Assembly (NCBI GenBank): GCA_963727625.1
Contig: CAVSHR010000012.1
Coordinates: 544,001-608,000, forward strand
Reading direction: 5' to 3'
Origin: an uncultured delta proteobacterium
GTDB lineage: Bacteria > Desulfobacterota > Binatia > UBA9968
Length of the DNA: 64,000 nt
Part shown: positions 1 through 12,751 of the stretch, one piece after another
How positions within the stretch are numbered: the stretch's first letter is position 1
How the letters are laid out: each line of letters begins with the position of its first letter
The notes under the pieces: generated by a model
Database searches by the model: none
Seen by the model: only the letters and a program-made list of their open reading frames with translations
Told to the model about the DNA's origin: nothing
Position numbers and translations under genes: made by a program

Positions 1-330
1 CAAGGTAATGGGCTTTGTCTGGTAGCCGTCGAAGCCCTCGGCGAGCATGGCTTGCCGGTTGTTCGTCATCGCCGATGCGGTAATAGCGACAATCGGGATG
101 CTCTGCGTCTTGGGATCGGACTTGAGCTGCTTCATCGCCGTGATGCCGTCCATACCGGGAAGCTGGATGTCCATGAGGATCAGCGCCGGAGATTGGCTCC
201 GCGCCAACTCAAGCCCGTCCTCCGCAGCTTCGCTCTCGATGGTCTTGTACCCCTTCACCTGCAGCACGTCGCGGCAGAGCTTGCGGTTCTTCTCGTTGTC
301 CTCGATAATCAAAATTAGTTCGTTAGCCAT
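1..330 (-). CDS. Single-domain response regulator (DivK/CheY-like), 3' end beyond window
   Basis: Not in ORF track. Hand translation MANELILIIEDNEKNRKLCRDVLQVKGY...ILMDIQLPGMDG...IVAITASAM...YQTKPI shows the receiver acidic pocket, phospho-Asp, Thr and KP motif. Confidence 0.92.
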   Translation of the reverse strand, partial: MANELILIIEDNEKNRKLCRDVLQVKGYKTIESEAAEDGLELARSQSPALILMDIQLPGMDGITAMKQLKSDPKTQSIPIVAITASAMTNNRQAMLAEGFDGYQTKPITL

Positions 331-347
331 AGGACTTCCGATTTTTC

Positions 348-376
348 CTCTCGCAAAGGCGCTAAGGCGCAAAGTT
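348..376. repeat. Left arm of 29-bp inverted repeat (CGCaAAG family) abutting the GxxExxY stop codon
   Basis: ctctcgcaaaggcgctaaggcgcaaagtt; 26/29 identical to the reverse complement of 764..792. Confidence 0.9.
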
Positions 377-763
377 TTAGGAATCCTCGATTCCGTTCAC
401 CGCGCGGGTTATACCTCGTTTCATCAACGCTTCACCAAAGTTTAGCGGAAATCCCAGCTTGTAACCGGTTAACCGCAGATATGTCAGAAGCTGTTTCTTG
501 TGAGCTTGGCTGACTTGCTCAACAGATTTTAACTCTATGATAACCTTGTCTTCGACAACTAAATCAGCGCGAAACGCCTCTTCGAAAGTCATCTCCTTGT
601 AATGGATCGAAATCGGAACTTGCCGTATCACCGAAAGCCCACGTTGTCCTAATTCGTAGGCCAGAATGACTTCATATACGCTTTCCAGCAACCTCGGCCC
701 AAGCTCCCGATGTACCGCAACAGCCACATCGATAATAATTGTCCCAATTTCATTCTCTGTCAT
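377..763 (-). CDS. GxxExxY family protein (PD-(D/E)XK-like)
   Basis: VHRELGPRLLESVYE, RADLVVEDKVIIELKSVE, QLLTYLRLT, LNFG; the motif Gly is replaced by Arg. Confidence 0.9.
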   Translation of the reverse strand: MTENEIGTIIIDVAVAVHRELGPRLLESVYEVILAYELGQRGLSVIRQVPISIHYKEMTFEEAFRADLVVEDKVIIELKSVEQVSQAHKKQLLTYLRLTGYKLGFPLNFGEALMKRGITRAVNGIEDS

Positions 764-801
764 AACTTGGCGTCTTTGCGCCTTTGCGAGAGAATATTCT
801 T
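764..801. repeat. Right arm of the inverted repeat abutting the GxxExxY start codon
   Basis: aacttggcgtctttgcgcctttgcgagagaatattctt; same length and same agaatattctt tail as 13158..13195. Confidence 0.9.
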
Positions 802-3800
802 ATCCGATCGGCAGAGTGAATGTGAACGTGCTGCCTTTGCCGACTTCGCTTTCCACCCAGATCTTGCCGCCGTGCAGTTCGACGAACCGTTTAGTCAATG
901 CCAAGCCCAGCCCTGTGCCTTCGCGCTTTTGCGCGTAATTCGATCCGACTTGCCGAAATTCTTCGAAGATCGCTTCCTGGTCTTCCTTGGCGATGCCTAT
1001 TCCGGTATCCGTCACCGAAATAATCGCCGCGCTGTCCCCCACTCTCGCCTCGACTTTGACATCTCCTCCCTCCGGCGTGAACTTTACCGCGTTGGTCAAA
1101 AGGTTGACGAGGATTTGTTTGATCTTGCGCTCGTCGCCAGTGAAATCGCCGAGCCGATCGTCGATCACGCGATCGAGTTTGATCCCATGCCGGCTGGCCC
1201 GCTCACGGATGAGCAAGAGCGCGTTCTCGATCGTATCTGGCAGGTGAAACGTCGTGATCTCCAACTCCATCCGCCCCGCTTCGACCTTGGAAAGATCGAG
1301 GATGTCGTTGATAAGCGAGAGCAGATGGCGCCCGGAAGTTAGAATATCGTCGGTGTATTCGGCTTGTTTTTCGTTCAACTCGCCAAAGAGTTTTTCCTGC
1401 AAGACCTCGGAAAAACCGATGATGGCGTTGAGCGGCGTGCGCAGTTCGTGCGACATGTTGGCGAGAAATTCCGACTTGTGCTGGCTGGCGGCTGCGAGTT
1501 GCTTGCCCTTCTCTTCGATCTCGCGGAACAGCCGCGCGTTGTGGATCGCCAAGGCCGACTGCGTCGCGAAGGTTTGCATCAGGTTCACCACCTCTGGATC
1601 GAACTCTCCGACCTGGCGGCGCCACACCGTCAACCCGCCCATAATTTGCTGCTCGCGCAGGATCGGCACCGTCAAAAGCGAGCGGTATCCGAGGCGGTTC
1701 AGCAACGGTCTCAACCTCGAAGTCGAGCGCTCTTGCTGATCAAAAGTATCGGGGATCTGCACCGGCGCGCGAGTGATCGCCGCTTGCCCCGTGGCGCCCT
1801 CGCCGGCCCTTATCCGAGCTGCTCTAAGCGCCTCGACCGCTTCGCTTTCCATATTGTGGCTCGCCCGCAAATTGAACTCTTGCGCCGCTTCATCATATTC
1901 GTAAATAACCCCGCAATCGGTGCCCGACAGTTCGACCGCCCGCGCGACGATGGTTTCCAGCACCGTTTCAAGATCGAGCGTCGAACTCACCGCTTGGCCG
2001 ACCTCGCTCAGCGCTTTCATCTCCTCGACGGATTCGACCAACTCGCGCGTGCGTTCTTGCAATTCCTTGAACAGCCGCACATTTTCGATAGCGATCACAG
2101 CCTGGTCGGCGAAGGTTTTCAGAAGAGCGATCTGTTTTTCGCTGAATGGCTGAACCTCTCGGCGGTAGATCGTGACCGCTCCGATCAGCATGCTCTCTCG
2201 GAGCATGGGCACATGTAGGGTTGTACGCGCACCTCCAAGCTCTACCGCTGCAACCGTGCCGGGTTGACGCTCCTGATACGCTCTCTCGATTGATATGTCA
2301 GGGATATGAATCGGGCTTCGCTGATGTATGAGTTGTCCAAGCCCCGAACTCGGGCCGGGCCTAATTGGACCCTGCCTCAAGAATTCGTTATAGGCCGGAG
2401 TTGCCCCAACAAGGCCCACAGGTTTGAATTCCTCAGCTTCATATAGGAATAGGAGACCCAAATCCGCATTGCACAGCCGTGTGGCATTGATGAGGATCGT
2501 TTGAAAGACCGGCTCAAGGTTGGTGGGTGAACTACTGATCACGCGCAGGATCTCGCTGGTCGCTGTCTGCTGCTCCAGCGCCTCGGTGATTTGGCGATTG
2601 CGTTCTTCTAATTCTTTGAACAGCCGCACGTTTTCGATGGCGATCACGGCCTGTGATGCGAAGGTCTTGAGAAGTGCGATCTGTTTCTCGGTAAACGGCC
2701 GCACCTCCATCCGGCGAGTTCCAATCACGCCGATTGCGACACTCTCGCGGAGCAACGGGGTGGCAAGCAGGGTTCGATAACCCAACCGGGTTCCCCGGCT
2801 TTCCGGATAATCCGCCGCGACCTCTTGGAAGTCGCGAATGTGAATCGTTTCGCAATCGACAATCGCTCGCCCCTGGTGCGAGTTGCGATTGAGCGGCGTC
2901 TCCGTCCCAAGCGGGCTGCTCGGAGCCGATCCATGGTTGGCGACCTTCCGCAGGCGATCGCCTTCAACCCGCATAAAAATCGCCGCATCCGTCGCCTCAC
3001 AAACCCGCGCCGCGTTCTCGGCCACAGTGTCCAACACCGGCTGAATATCAGTCGGCGAGCTGGCAATGACGCCCAAGATTTCACTGGTCGCCGTCTGCTG
3101 CTCAAGCGACTCCTTCAACTCTTGGAACAACCGCACGTTCTCGATGGCGATAACCGCTTGGTCGGCGAAAGTCTTTAGAAGACTGATTTGCTTGTCAGTG
3201 AATGGATTGACCTCCCCGCGGCGGATGTGAATCACCCCGATTGGTACGCCTTCCCGCAGCAGTGGCGTGGCAAGCGCGGTACCCGCCCCAATTAGGCCGC
3301 GGATACTTGGGAATTCAGTCACGGCTGCAGCGACGTCCTGCACATGAACGGTCTGCCGCTCGATCACCGCTCGCCCGGTGATTGAGCCGTGGTCTACCAG
3401 GCGCTCTGAACCAATTGGCCGTGCCGGCAGTGAACCGCAGTTGGCGACAAGCCTGAGAGAGCTTCCGTCTAGACGCCAGACCAGCGCGTCTTCTGCTCCA
3501 CAAACTCGCAGCGCGTTTTTAGCCACAGTGTCGAGCACCGGCTGGATGTTTGTCGGTGAATTGGCAATGACACCCAAGATTTCGCTCATCGCCGTCTGCT
3601 GTTCCAAAGACTCTTTGAGTTCTTGAAACAGCCGCACGTTCTCGATCGCGATCACAGCTTGATCGGCGAAAGTTTCGAGCAGCTTGATTTGCGCCGGGGT
3701 AAACGGGCGCACCTCGGTGCGCCGTGAGATCAGGAGTCCAATTAGGTCCCCATGTAGGCGAAGAGGAACAGCCAAAAACACGCGCTTCGGCCCCGGAACT

Positions 3801-6800
3801 GCCAATGGGATATCGTTTTGCGTGCGAATATCTGGGATATGAAGCGTGCCATGCTCCCGGACCCAGCGAGCCGGTGGTGAATCAATAGTGATCTCGATAC
3901 CGGGTACGGGTACGGAGCCATAATGAGCCCGGGGGACCAAAGCGTCGCCCTCGCGTAACCGCAGCACCGTATCATCGATCCCACACACGCGCGCCGCGCT
4001 CTCGACGATAGCATCAAGCACCGGCTGCACGTCCGTCGGCGAGCGGCTGATGATGCCGAGCACCTCGGATGTCGCCGTCTGGTGCTCCAGCGCTTCCCTA
4101 AGATCTGCGTTACGCTCCTGAATTTCTTTGAACAGCCGGACGTTTTCAATGGCAATTACAGCCTGGGCCGCAAAGGTTTCGAGCAGTTTAATTTGTCGAT
4201 CAGAAAATGGACGAACCTCGGTTCGCCTGATGTTAATCAAGCCTATAGGTGTACCCTCTCTGAGCATCGGCGTGCTTAAGAATGTCCGTGCTCCCGAGGA
4301 CCCTGCCATATCAGGAAATTCACTCTTCACGGCTTCGACGATATCGTTCACTAGGATCGTTTTTCCGGTAAGAATTGCTCGGCCTGCAGGGTGTCCTAAG
4401 GTCGTGCGCACAAACTCGGGCGCTGGTGCAGGTCCGAAGGATGCCACCCGTCGATGGCCGTCTCCCTCGACCAGACGAATCTGCGCGTCCGTTGCCTCAC
4501 AAAGTCGGGCGGCATTCTCTGCGACGACATCCAACACCGGCTGAATATCAGTCGGCGAGCTGGCGATAACGCCTAAAATCTCGCTCGTCGCAGTCTGCTG
4601 CTCCAACGATTCCTTTAGCTCTTGGAACAGCCGCACGTTTTCGATCGCGATGACCGCCTGGTCAGCGAAGGTTTCAAGAAGTTTGATCTGCGCTGGGGTG
4701 AAGGGACGCACCTCAATGCGCCGTGCAACCAGGACTCCAATGAGTTCCCCATGTAGGCGAAGGGGAACGGACAAAAACACGCGTTTCGGCCCCGGAACTA
4801 AAAATGGGATATCGCTTTTCGTGCGAATATCAGGGATGTGAAGCGTGCCATGCTCCCGGACCCATCGGGCCGGTGGGGAATCAATAGTGATCTCGATACC
4901 GGGTACGGGTACGGAACCATAATGGGCCCGGGAGATCAAAGCGTTCCCCTCGCGTAACCGCAGCATCGTATCATCTATCCCACAAACCCGCGCGGCGCTC
5001 TCGACGATGGCGTCGAGCACCGGCTGCACGTCCGTCGGCGAACGGCTGATGATGCCGAGCACTTCAGATGTCGCGGTCTGATGCTCCAGGGCTTCGCGAA
5101 GTTCGGCGTTACGATCCCCAAGCTCACGGAACAAGCGCACGTTCTCGATGGCGATGACCGCTTGATCGGCGAAGGTCTTTAGAAGAGCTATCTGCTTCTC
5201 GGTGAAAGGCCGGACCTCCGTGCGGCGAATACCGATCGCGCCAATCGCCACACCTTCGCGCAGCAGCGGTGTGCCGAGCATGGTGTGAATACCTCGCTGC
5301 TTTGCGCGATCTTGTTCCTCTGGATATTCGCCGGGAAGCGCGACAATGTCGACAACATGAATCGTCTGGCCGTCGGCAACCGCTCGTCCGTTCAACGAGT
5401 CGCGCGAGAGAGGCGTTTCAAATCCAATCGGACTCCCCGGAACCGACCCGTAGGTGGCGACCTTTCGAAGGCGAGAACTGTCCACGATCATGAAGATATT
5501 GGCGTCATTCGCTCCACAAATTTGCGCCGCATTTCTAGCGACGGTGTCCAGGACCGGCTGAATATCCGTCGGCGAACTGGCGATGACGCCTAAAATCTCG
5601 CTCGTCGCTGTCTGCTGCTCCAACGACTCCTTGAGCTCGTTGAACAACCGTACGTTCTCGATGGCGATCACCGCTTGATCAGCGAAGGTTTTGAGGAGAT
5701 CTATCTGTTTCTCGGTGAATGGATTGACCACCGTACGACGCATAAAGATCACACCAATTGCCATCCCTTCGCGCTGCAGCGGCGCGGCAAGCACCGTTCG
5801 AATGCCGCCTCGTTCGGTGCTGGCTTGAGACTCGGGGAACTCGGTTGCGTTCAGAGCCATCAAATCGTCAATGTGAACGACCCGGCGATCAATCACGGCA
5901 CGCCCGACTACTGAACGACGGTCGATTGGCCGGGGTGAAACGTCAGGCTCGAATGGCCCGTAATGCGCACGCATGGCTAAGACGTCGCCTTCAATGAGTC
6001 GAATAACCGCATCATCCGCACCGCATACTCGCGCCGCGCTGGCTGCTACTTCGTCCAAGACCGGCTGAATATCCGTCGGCGAACTGGTGATGACGCGTAG
6101 AATCTCGCCCGTCGCGGTCTGTTGCTCTAAGGCCTCGGTCAAATCGCGGTTGCGTTCCTGCAATTCTTTGAACAGCCGCACGTTCTCGATGGCGATGACA
6201 GCCTGGTCGGCGAAGGTTTTCAGCAAGGCAATCTGCTTGTCGGAAAAGGGGCGGACCTCCAAGCGTCGGATCAAAATCGCGCCGATCGGCGCGCCCTCGC
6301 GCAGCAGCGGCGTCGCCAGGGTCGTGCGGTGACCCGTCTGTTGCTGGTAACCCTTGATTTCCGGATATTCGCCGTCAACTTCCGCGGCCAGATCGTGGAC
6401 GTGAATGGTTTGACGGTCGATCATCGCCCGAGCCGCGGGAGATTGGCGGTTCATAGGTATATGGCCCGCCGGTATTAGCGGTCCGTAGGATGCCGCCCGG
6501 TGCGCGAGATCGTTCTCAAGGCGAAAAATCTGCGCATCGAATGACTCGCACAGCCGCGCCGCGCTTTCCGCAACGGCGTCGAGCACCGGCTGCACATCGG
6601 TGGGTGAGCGGCTGATGATGCCGAGCACCTCGGCCGTCGCTGTCTGATGCTCCAGCGCCTCGCGCAACTCCGCGTTACGGTCACCGAGTTCTTTGAACAA
6701 GCGCACGTTTTCTATGGCGATAACGGCTTGATCGGCGAAGATCTTGACGAGCGCGATTTGCTTCTCCGAAAATGGACGCACTTCCTTGCGTCGGACAATG

Positions 6801-7804
6801 ATCACCCCGATCGGATCGCCTGCGCGCAATAAAGGCACGCCAAGCACACTTCGAATGCCTATGGTCACCGGTCCCAGGGAAAAATCCACTTCGGGCGCTT
6901 GCACGTCAGGAACATGGATAGTCTGGCGGTCGAGCACGACGCGGCCGGAAAGGTTGCGCCGATCCGCGATCGATTCCTCGCCGATACGCGCCGTCGGAAT
7001 CAGACCGGTCGAGGCCGCGCGTCTGATGATATTCCCGGTAACCCGGTGAATAGTCGCTTCGTCGGCATCACACAATCGCCTGGCATTTTCGACGACAGCA
7101 TCCAGCACCGGCTGAATATCCGTCGGCGAACTGGCGATGACGCTTAAAATCTCGCTCGTCGCCGTCTGTTGCTCCAATGATTCCTTCAGCTCGTTGAACA
7201 GCCGCACGTTCTCGATGGCGATGACCGCTTCGTCGGCAAAACTCTCGAGCAGTTTTATTTGTTTGTCTGTGAAAGGGCGGACTTCCGTGCGCCGGATGTT
7301 AATCACACCGAGAGGCACACCGTCGCACATAAGCGGCGTGGCAAGCGCGGTTCTAATGCCGGTAGCATTTTGGACAGTCCGGTATTCTGGAAACTCCGTT
7401 TCAATTTCTTCCGCGATGTCATGTATGTGAACCGTTTCCCGATCGATGACAGCTCGGCCCACCGGAGTCCCGCGAGTAATGCTCCGCATTCCAATGGCTG
7501 TCGTCGGCATTGACCCATATACCGCCATACGTTGCTGAACATCACCCTCAACGCGAAAAATCAGAGCATCGGCAGCATCACACAACCGAGCAGCATTTTC
7601 CGCAATCGTATCCATCACGGACTGAAGGTCGGTTGGCGTGCGTGCGATCACGCGCAGGATCTCACTCATTGCCGCGCGCTGCTCCTCACCGTCGCGAATT
7701 TCTTGCGCTTGCGCGGCGATGGTCTTCTTCAGCTTCGAGATCGAATTCGCCGGGGACGCCGCGCGCGGTTTTGATTTGGTGGTCTTTGAGATCTTCTTAG
7801 CCAT
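800..7804 (-). CDS. Cytoplasmic sensor histidine kinase with 12 tandem GAF domains, HisKA and HATPase
   Basis: 11 [11 protein letters not shown] plus one [13 protein letters not shown] end; H-box [15 protein letters not shown]-box [21 protein letters not shown]; start taken at MAKKISK. Confidence 0.95.
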   Translation of the reverse strand: MAKKISKTTKSKPRAASPANSISKLKKTIAAQAQEIRDGEEQRAAMSEILRVIARTPTDLQSVMDTIAENAARLCDAADALIFRVEGDVQQRMAVYGSMPTTAIGMRSITRGTPVGRAVIDRETVHIHDIAEEIETEFPEYRTVQNATGIRTALATPLMCDGVPLGVINIRRTEVRPFTDKQIKLLESFADEAVIAIENVRLFNELKESLEQQTATSEILSVIASSPTDIQPVLDAVVENARRLCDADEATIHRVTGNIIRRAASTGLIPTARIGEESIADRRNLSGRVVLDRQTIHVPDVQAPEVDFSLGPVTIGIRSVLGVPLLRAGDPIGVIIVRRKEVRPFSEKQIALVKIFADQAVIAIENVRLFKELGDRNAELREALEHQTATAEVLGIISRSPTDVQPVLDAVAESAARLCESFDAQIFRLENDLAHRAASYGPLIPAGHIPMNRQSPAARAMIDRQTIHVHDLAAEVDGEYPEIKGYQQQTGHRTTLATPLLREGAPIGAILIRRLEVRPFSDKQIALLKTFADQAVIAIENVRLFKELQERNRDLTEALEQQTATGEILRVITSSPTDIQPVLDEVAASAARVCGADDAVIRLIEGDVLAMRAHYGPFEPDVSPRPIDRRSVVGRAVIDRRVVHIDDLMALNATEFPESQASTERGGIRTVLAAPLQREGMAIGVIFMRRTVVNPFTEKQIDLLKTFADQAVIAIENVRLFNELKESLEQQTATSEILGVIASSPTDIQPVLDTVARNAAQICGANDANIFMIVDSSRLRKVATYGSVPGSPIGFETPLSRDSLNGRAVADGQTIHVVDIVALPGEYPEEQDRAKQRGIHTMLGTPLLREGVAIGAIGIRRTEVRPFTEKQIALLKTFADQAVIAIENVRLFRELGDRNAELREALEHQTATSEVLGIISRSPTDVQPVLDAIVESAARVCGIDDTMLRLREGNALISRAHYGSVPVPGIEITIDSPPARWVREHGTLHIPDIRTKSDIPFLVPGPKRVFLSVPLRLHGELIGVLVARRIEVRPFTPAQIKLLETFADQAVIAIENVRLFQELKESLEQQTATSEILGVIASSPTDIQPVLDVVAENAARLCEATDAQIRLVEGDGHRRVASFGPAPAPEFVRTTLGHPAGRAILTGKTILVNDIVEAVKSEFPDMAGSSGARTFLSTPMLREGTPIGLINIRRTEVRPFSDRQIKLLETFAAQAVIAIENVRLFKEIQERNADLREALEHQTATSEVLGIISRSPTDVQPVLDAIVESAARVCGIDDTVLRLREGDALVPRAHYGSVPVPGIEITIDSPPARWVREHGTLHIPDIRTQNDIPLAVPGPKRVFLAVPLRLHGDLIGLLISRRTEVRPFTPAQIKLLETFADQAVIAIENVRLFQELKESLEQQTAMSEILGVIANSPTNIQPVLDTVAKNALRVCGAEDALVWRLDGSSLRLVANCGSLPARPIGSERLVDHGSITGRAVIERQTVHVQDVAAAVTEFPSIRGLIGAGTALATPLLREGVPIGVIHIRRGEVNPFTDKQISLLKTFADQAVIAIENVRLFQELKESLEQQTATSEILGVIASSPTDIQPVLDTVAENAARVCEATDAAIFMRVEGDRLRKVANHGSAPSSPLGTETPLNRNSHQGRAIVDCETIHIRDFQEVAADYPESRGTRLGYRTLLATPLLRESVAIGVIGTRRMEVRPFTEKQIALLKTFASQAVIAIENVRLFKELEERNRQITEALEQQTATSEILRVISSSPTNLEPVFQTILINATRLCNADLGLLFLYEAEEFKPVGLVGATPAYNEFLRQGPIRPGPSSGLGQLIHQRSPIHIPDISIERAYQERQPGTVAAVELGGARTTLHVPMLRESMLIGAVTIYRREVQPFSEKQIALLKTFADQAVIAIENVRLFKELQERTRELVESVEEMKALSEVGQAVSSTLDLETVLETIVARAVELSGTDCGVIYEYDEAAQEFNLRASHNMESEAVEALRAARIRAGEGATGQAAITRAPVQIPDTFDQQERSTSRLRPLLNRLGYRSLLTVPILREQQIMGGLTVWRRQVGEFDPEVVNLMQTFATQSALAIHNARLFREIEEKGKQLAAASQHKSEFLANMSHELRTPLNAIIGFSEVLQEKLFGELNEKQAEYTDDILTSGRHLLSLINDILDLSKVEAGRMELEITTFHLPDTIENALLLIRERASRHGIKLDRVIDDRLGDFTGDERKIKQILVNLLTNAVKFTPEGGDVKVEARVGDSAAIISVTDTGIGIAKEDQEAIFEEFRQVGSNYAQKREGTGLGLALTKRFVELHGGKIWVESEVGKGSTFTFTLPIG

Positions 7805-7841
7805 TCGGACACATAAGACTAAACCAGCTATATACAATGTA

Positions 7842-8006
7842 AAAATCCGAAATCCGAATATCGAAATCGGAAATAAAGCAGAGCCAAATAAACCTCAAAT
7901 CCAGAAAATCCAAAACGCTGCCTTCTAACCTTCCCGTTTGGAGCATCGTCGTCGCTTTGTTTTTCATCATTTTGAATTTGTTGCGGATTTCGAGTTTCGG
8001 ATTTGA
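7842..8006. repeat. Inverted pair of CGAAAT(C/T)-heptamer repeat arms around a short spacer
   Basis: aaatccgaaatccgaatatcgaaatcggaaata ... tttgttgcggatttcgagtttcggattt. Confidence 0.75.
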
Positions 8007-8262
8007 CTTCACTCAGGGTTCTAGAAAACCTTCCGGCGGAGCGGAATAAAGGTCGGATGTCACATTGGTCACACCCGGCACACTTTTTACTAGCCTTACG
8101 ACTTTGTCTTCCAAGCCACGATCGACTCTGCCCTTGACGTAAATGTGGCCACCTTCGGCGCGAACTTCGAGTGCCAATCCTCCTACGTTGGGCGCTGCAA
8201 ATAACATGGCATGGACCCGAGACCCAAGCGCGAAGTCATGGAAAGCCTGGTTGGACTCGGGA

Positions 8263-8887
8263 GTGAATAACCACCGCCTTAAAGGCGGTGGCATCGAATA
8301 ACGGACTGAAAGTCCTGGGTTCCGGCTACAAGCCGGCTTAAAGTTCCCGCCCCCAATGGGCGGCTGTAGACGGTCTTAACCGTCTACTTTGAAATCATCG
8401 TCACGATCATGATTCTGATTCGATATATATTCCGCGATCACCTCGTCGGTCACATTCCCGCTACTGCAGCAGAAGTATCCCCGTGCCCACAGATGCCGAC
8501 CCCAAAACTGCTTCTGCAAATGCGGAAATTCTCCCATCAACTTGTACGAACTCTTCCCCTTCAACCATTGGATCAACCGACTGATTGTCACTTGCGGCGG
8601 TATCGACACGAACAGATGCAGATGGTCCTTCGCCACATGTCCCTTCAGGATCGTTACTTCGTGTTGCCCGCAGATCTCACGGATTATGTCTCTTACTCGC
8701 GTCGCCACTTCCCCCGTCAACGCTGCCCGATGGTATTTGGTCGTCCATACCAGATGCAAATGTATCTCGAATACCGTGTGTGCTCCGCGTCGATACTCCT
8801 TCATCCGCACACACTACCACAGTGTCACAAAAACTTGCTAAAGCCGTCGCCTAAAGGCGAGGGCTTCAACCCTCCCAGAGTGGGACA
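8263..8887 (-). mobile_element. IS200/IS605-family element, tnpA only (625 bp), inserted 3' of TCAC
   Basis: Subterminal hairpins at 8841..8866 and 8271..8291; TCAC at both cleavage sites on the minus strand; splits the host ORF cleanly. Confidence 0.9.
8376..8804 (-). CDS. tnpA: IS200/IS605 Y1 (HUH) transposase
   Basis: HLVWTTKY, DHLHLF (HUH), LKGKSS, LWARGYF, YISNQ. Confidence 0.95.
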   Translation of the reverse strand: MKEYRRGAHTVFEIHLHLVWTTKYHRAALTGEVATRVRDIIREICGQHEVTILKGHVAKDHLHLFVSIPPQVTISRLIQWLKGKSSYKLMGEFPHLQKQFWGRHLWARGYFCCSSGNVTDEVIAEYISNQNHDRDDDFKVDG

Positions 8888-9529
8888 GTGAGCTGATACT
8901 CTTCGAGCTTCGCGGCCTCCAGAATCAGATGTTTCGCCCCTTCTCGGCGCATCGTGCTCATATTGAGAATCAGATCATAACGACTAGGATCGCGCCAATC
9001 CGCGCCAAACATCGCCATAAGCCGGCGACTGCGGGCTTTATCGACCTCTTCTATATAGTGGCGCGCCGCGACGTCAGTCAGATTTTGTCGTGACCGGACT
9101 TGTCCAATGCGAAATTCGATTGGCGCAGTTAAAAGTACCTTCAGCACGTGGCCGATACCGGCCAAAAGCTCATGACCCACATGGCCGTGGTAAATCAACT
9201 TTCCGTCATGGGCCAGCTCGCACAGCGCGGCTTGGAGAGCTATCCGGTAGGGCCGCAGATCGAGCAGGAGACGCTCCCACCAGTGCGGGCCTTTTTCGAG
9301 GATCTCGTTGAGTTTTGCTTGGGGAATACCATAGCGACGGCTCGCTTCCACGAGCAACTCGCGCCCAACGCAACGATAACCGAGAGCTTGGGCCACAGTC
9401 CCGGCCAATTCCTGACCTTCGCCGGAAGCACCCTGATAGATTGTGATGATCGGCATGCCAGCTACTCTCCTAACCTCTAAAAGCTACCAACCTCCCCGCG
9501 TGAAAATCTGAAACAAACCCACAGATGCT

Positions 9530-9694
9530 AAATCCGAAATTCGAAGCACGAAATCCGAAACAAACTAAAATCAACTGAATCCTAAATTCAAATATCAAAA
9601 CTCGATCTGGTCGATAACGCTTGGCACATTCTAATTGTTTTGTATTTCATGTTTTGAAATTGTTTCGGATTTCGAAATTCGTGCTTCGAAATTT
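9530..9694. repeat. Second inverted pair of CGAAAT(C/T)-heptamer arms
   Basis: aaatccgaaattcgaagcacgaaatccgaaacaa ... ttgtttcggatttcgaaattcgtgcttcgaaattt. Confidence 0.8.
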
Positions 9695-9719
9695 TCCCGA
9701 GTTGCTTACCTTTCACCCC

Positions 9720-11798
<2,079 letters not shown>

Positions 11799-11986
11799 AG
11801 AAAAAGACCGGGATGAGAAAAAGCCGCGGGCGCACGAAAGCAAGGAAGAGGTGCAATTGTGGCGTTATGAGAGGCGCGCTCGGGGGTTGAGTTTCTTTTA
11901 CGCCAGTCGGTTGCCGGGCGTCAAGGAATGGTTTCGGAGGTTGTGAGGCGTCAAAGGTTAGGGGTTAGGCAAGCCGGAAAACATCA

Positions 11987-12075
11987 CTCGCGCAAAGAGT
12001 GCTAAGGACGTTAAGGAAACACGATTTACAGGTACGGTGGCTGCTCCTTTGCGACCTTCGCCTACTTCGGGCGCG
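11987..12075. repeat. Degenerate empty inverted pair of the CGCaAAG family
   Basis: ctcgcgcaaagagtgctaaggacgttaagg ... cctttgcgaccttcgcctacttcgggcgcg. Confidence 0.6.
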
Positions 12076-12101
12076 GACATTTATATCTGGAGAGGTTGAT
12101 T

Positions 12102-12130
12102 CCCCCGCAAAGGCGCAAAGACGCCAAGTT
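12102..12130. repeat. Left arm of CGCaAAG inverted repeat upstream of the TA module
   Basis: cccccgcaaaggcgcaaagacgccaagtt; 27/29 identical to the reverse complement of 764..792. Confidence 0.88.
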
Positions 12131-12237
12131 AACAAAGCCCACGGAACAAAGAACTTATTTCATTAGACTCGGAGTCGAGTCTGATGAGCTCTGCAGATCG
12201 GCAGTGGCGCTTCCGATAATCATGATAAAAGGAACCG

Positions 12238-12474
12238 ATGGTTCAGCGGTCCCGTTCACTCCCTGCGCGCCCAAAACATTCTTTTTTTCTCTGGGGGCCG
12301 CGGCAAACCAGGAAAACTACTCTGCTCTGGTCGGTTTACCCAAGCGCTCATTGGGTCGATCTGCTCGACACCGATACCCTACTTTGCACCTTGGCGACTT
12401 TGCGGGAGAAAATCCGAATCCTAGAGAAAAAATTCTCGTGCAAAGATGCAGGGTATATGGACCGCGAGGTTTGA
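12238..12474 (+). pseudogene. N-terminal remnant of an AAA+ ATPase (DUF4143-associated type)
   Basis: SFFLWGPRQTRKTTLL is a degenerate Walker A (GPRQTGKTTL), followed by WVDLLD; similarity is then lost. Confidence 0.7.
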
Positions 12475-12508
12475 CTGCTCCGGACAGATGGACTAACCTT
12501 AGTCCACT

Positions 12509-12748
12509 ATGACTAAGGTGAATATCCATCAGGCGAAGACACAATTTTCCCGGCTGGTCGACCTGGCCGCGAGCGGAGAGGAAATTGTTATCGCAAAATC
12601 TGGTAAACCCGTGGCTCGGTTAGTCCCCTACAAGCAGAAAGGCGCAGTGCGCCGGCCGGGAAGCCTGCGCGGCAAGATTCGGATCAAGAGAAATTTCGAC
12701 GAAACACTTCCGAAAGAGCTGTTGGCTTCGTTCGAAGGAAAGTCGTAA
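12509..12748 (+). CDS. Phd/YefM family antitoxin
   Basis: VNIHQAKTQFSRLVDLAASGEEIVIAKSGKPVARLVP. Confidence 0.93.
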   Translation: MTKVNIHQAKTQFSRLVDLAASGEEIVIAKSGKPVARLVPYKQKGAVRRPGSLRGKIRIKRNFDETLPKELLASFEGKS

Positions 12749-12751
12749 GCG

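Larger units (their letters stand above)
8013..9456 (-). pseudogene. Cytidylate kinase-like family protein with C-terminal BON domain, interrupted by an IS
   Basis: N-half MPIITIYQGASGEG...YDLILN; C-half BON-like. Removing 8263..8887 gives a continuous 819-nt ORF reading ...LEEYQLTPESNQAF... Confidence 0.88.

Noticed and set aside
800-7804. Regular ~500-bp DNA repeats resembling an array or CRISPR
   Set aside because: They are the coding junctions of tandem GAF domains; the spacing is far too long and there are no cas genes
7797-8012. 71-aa ORF MKSNPKLEIRNKF...
   Set aside because: Translation of the heptamer inverted-repeat unit; no independent coding evidence
8262-8891. AGTGA direct repeat read as a DDE-type target-site duplication
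   Set aside because: HUH Y1 transposases make no TSD; better explained by identical left and right cleavage tetranucleotides
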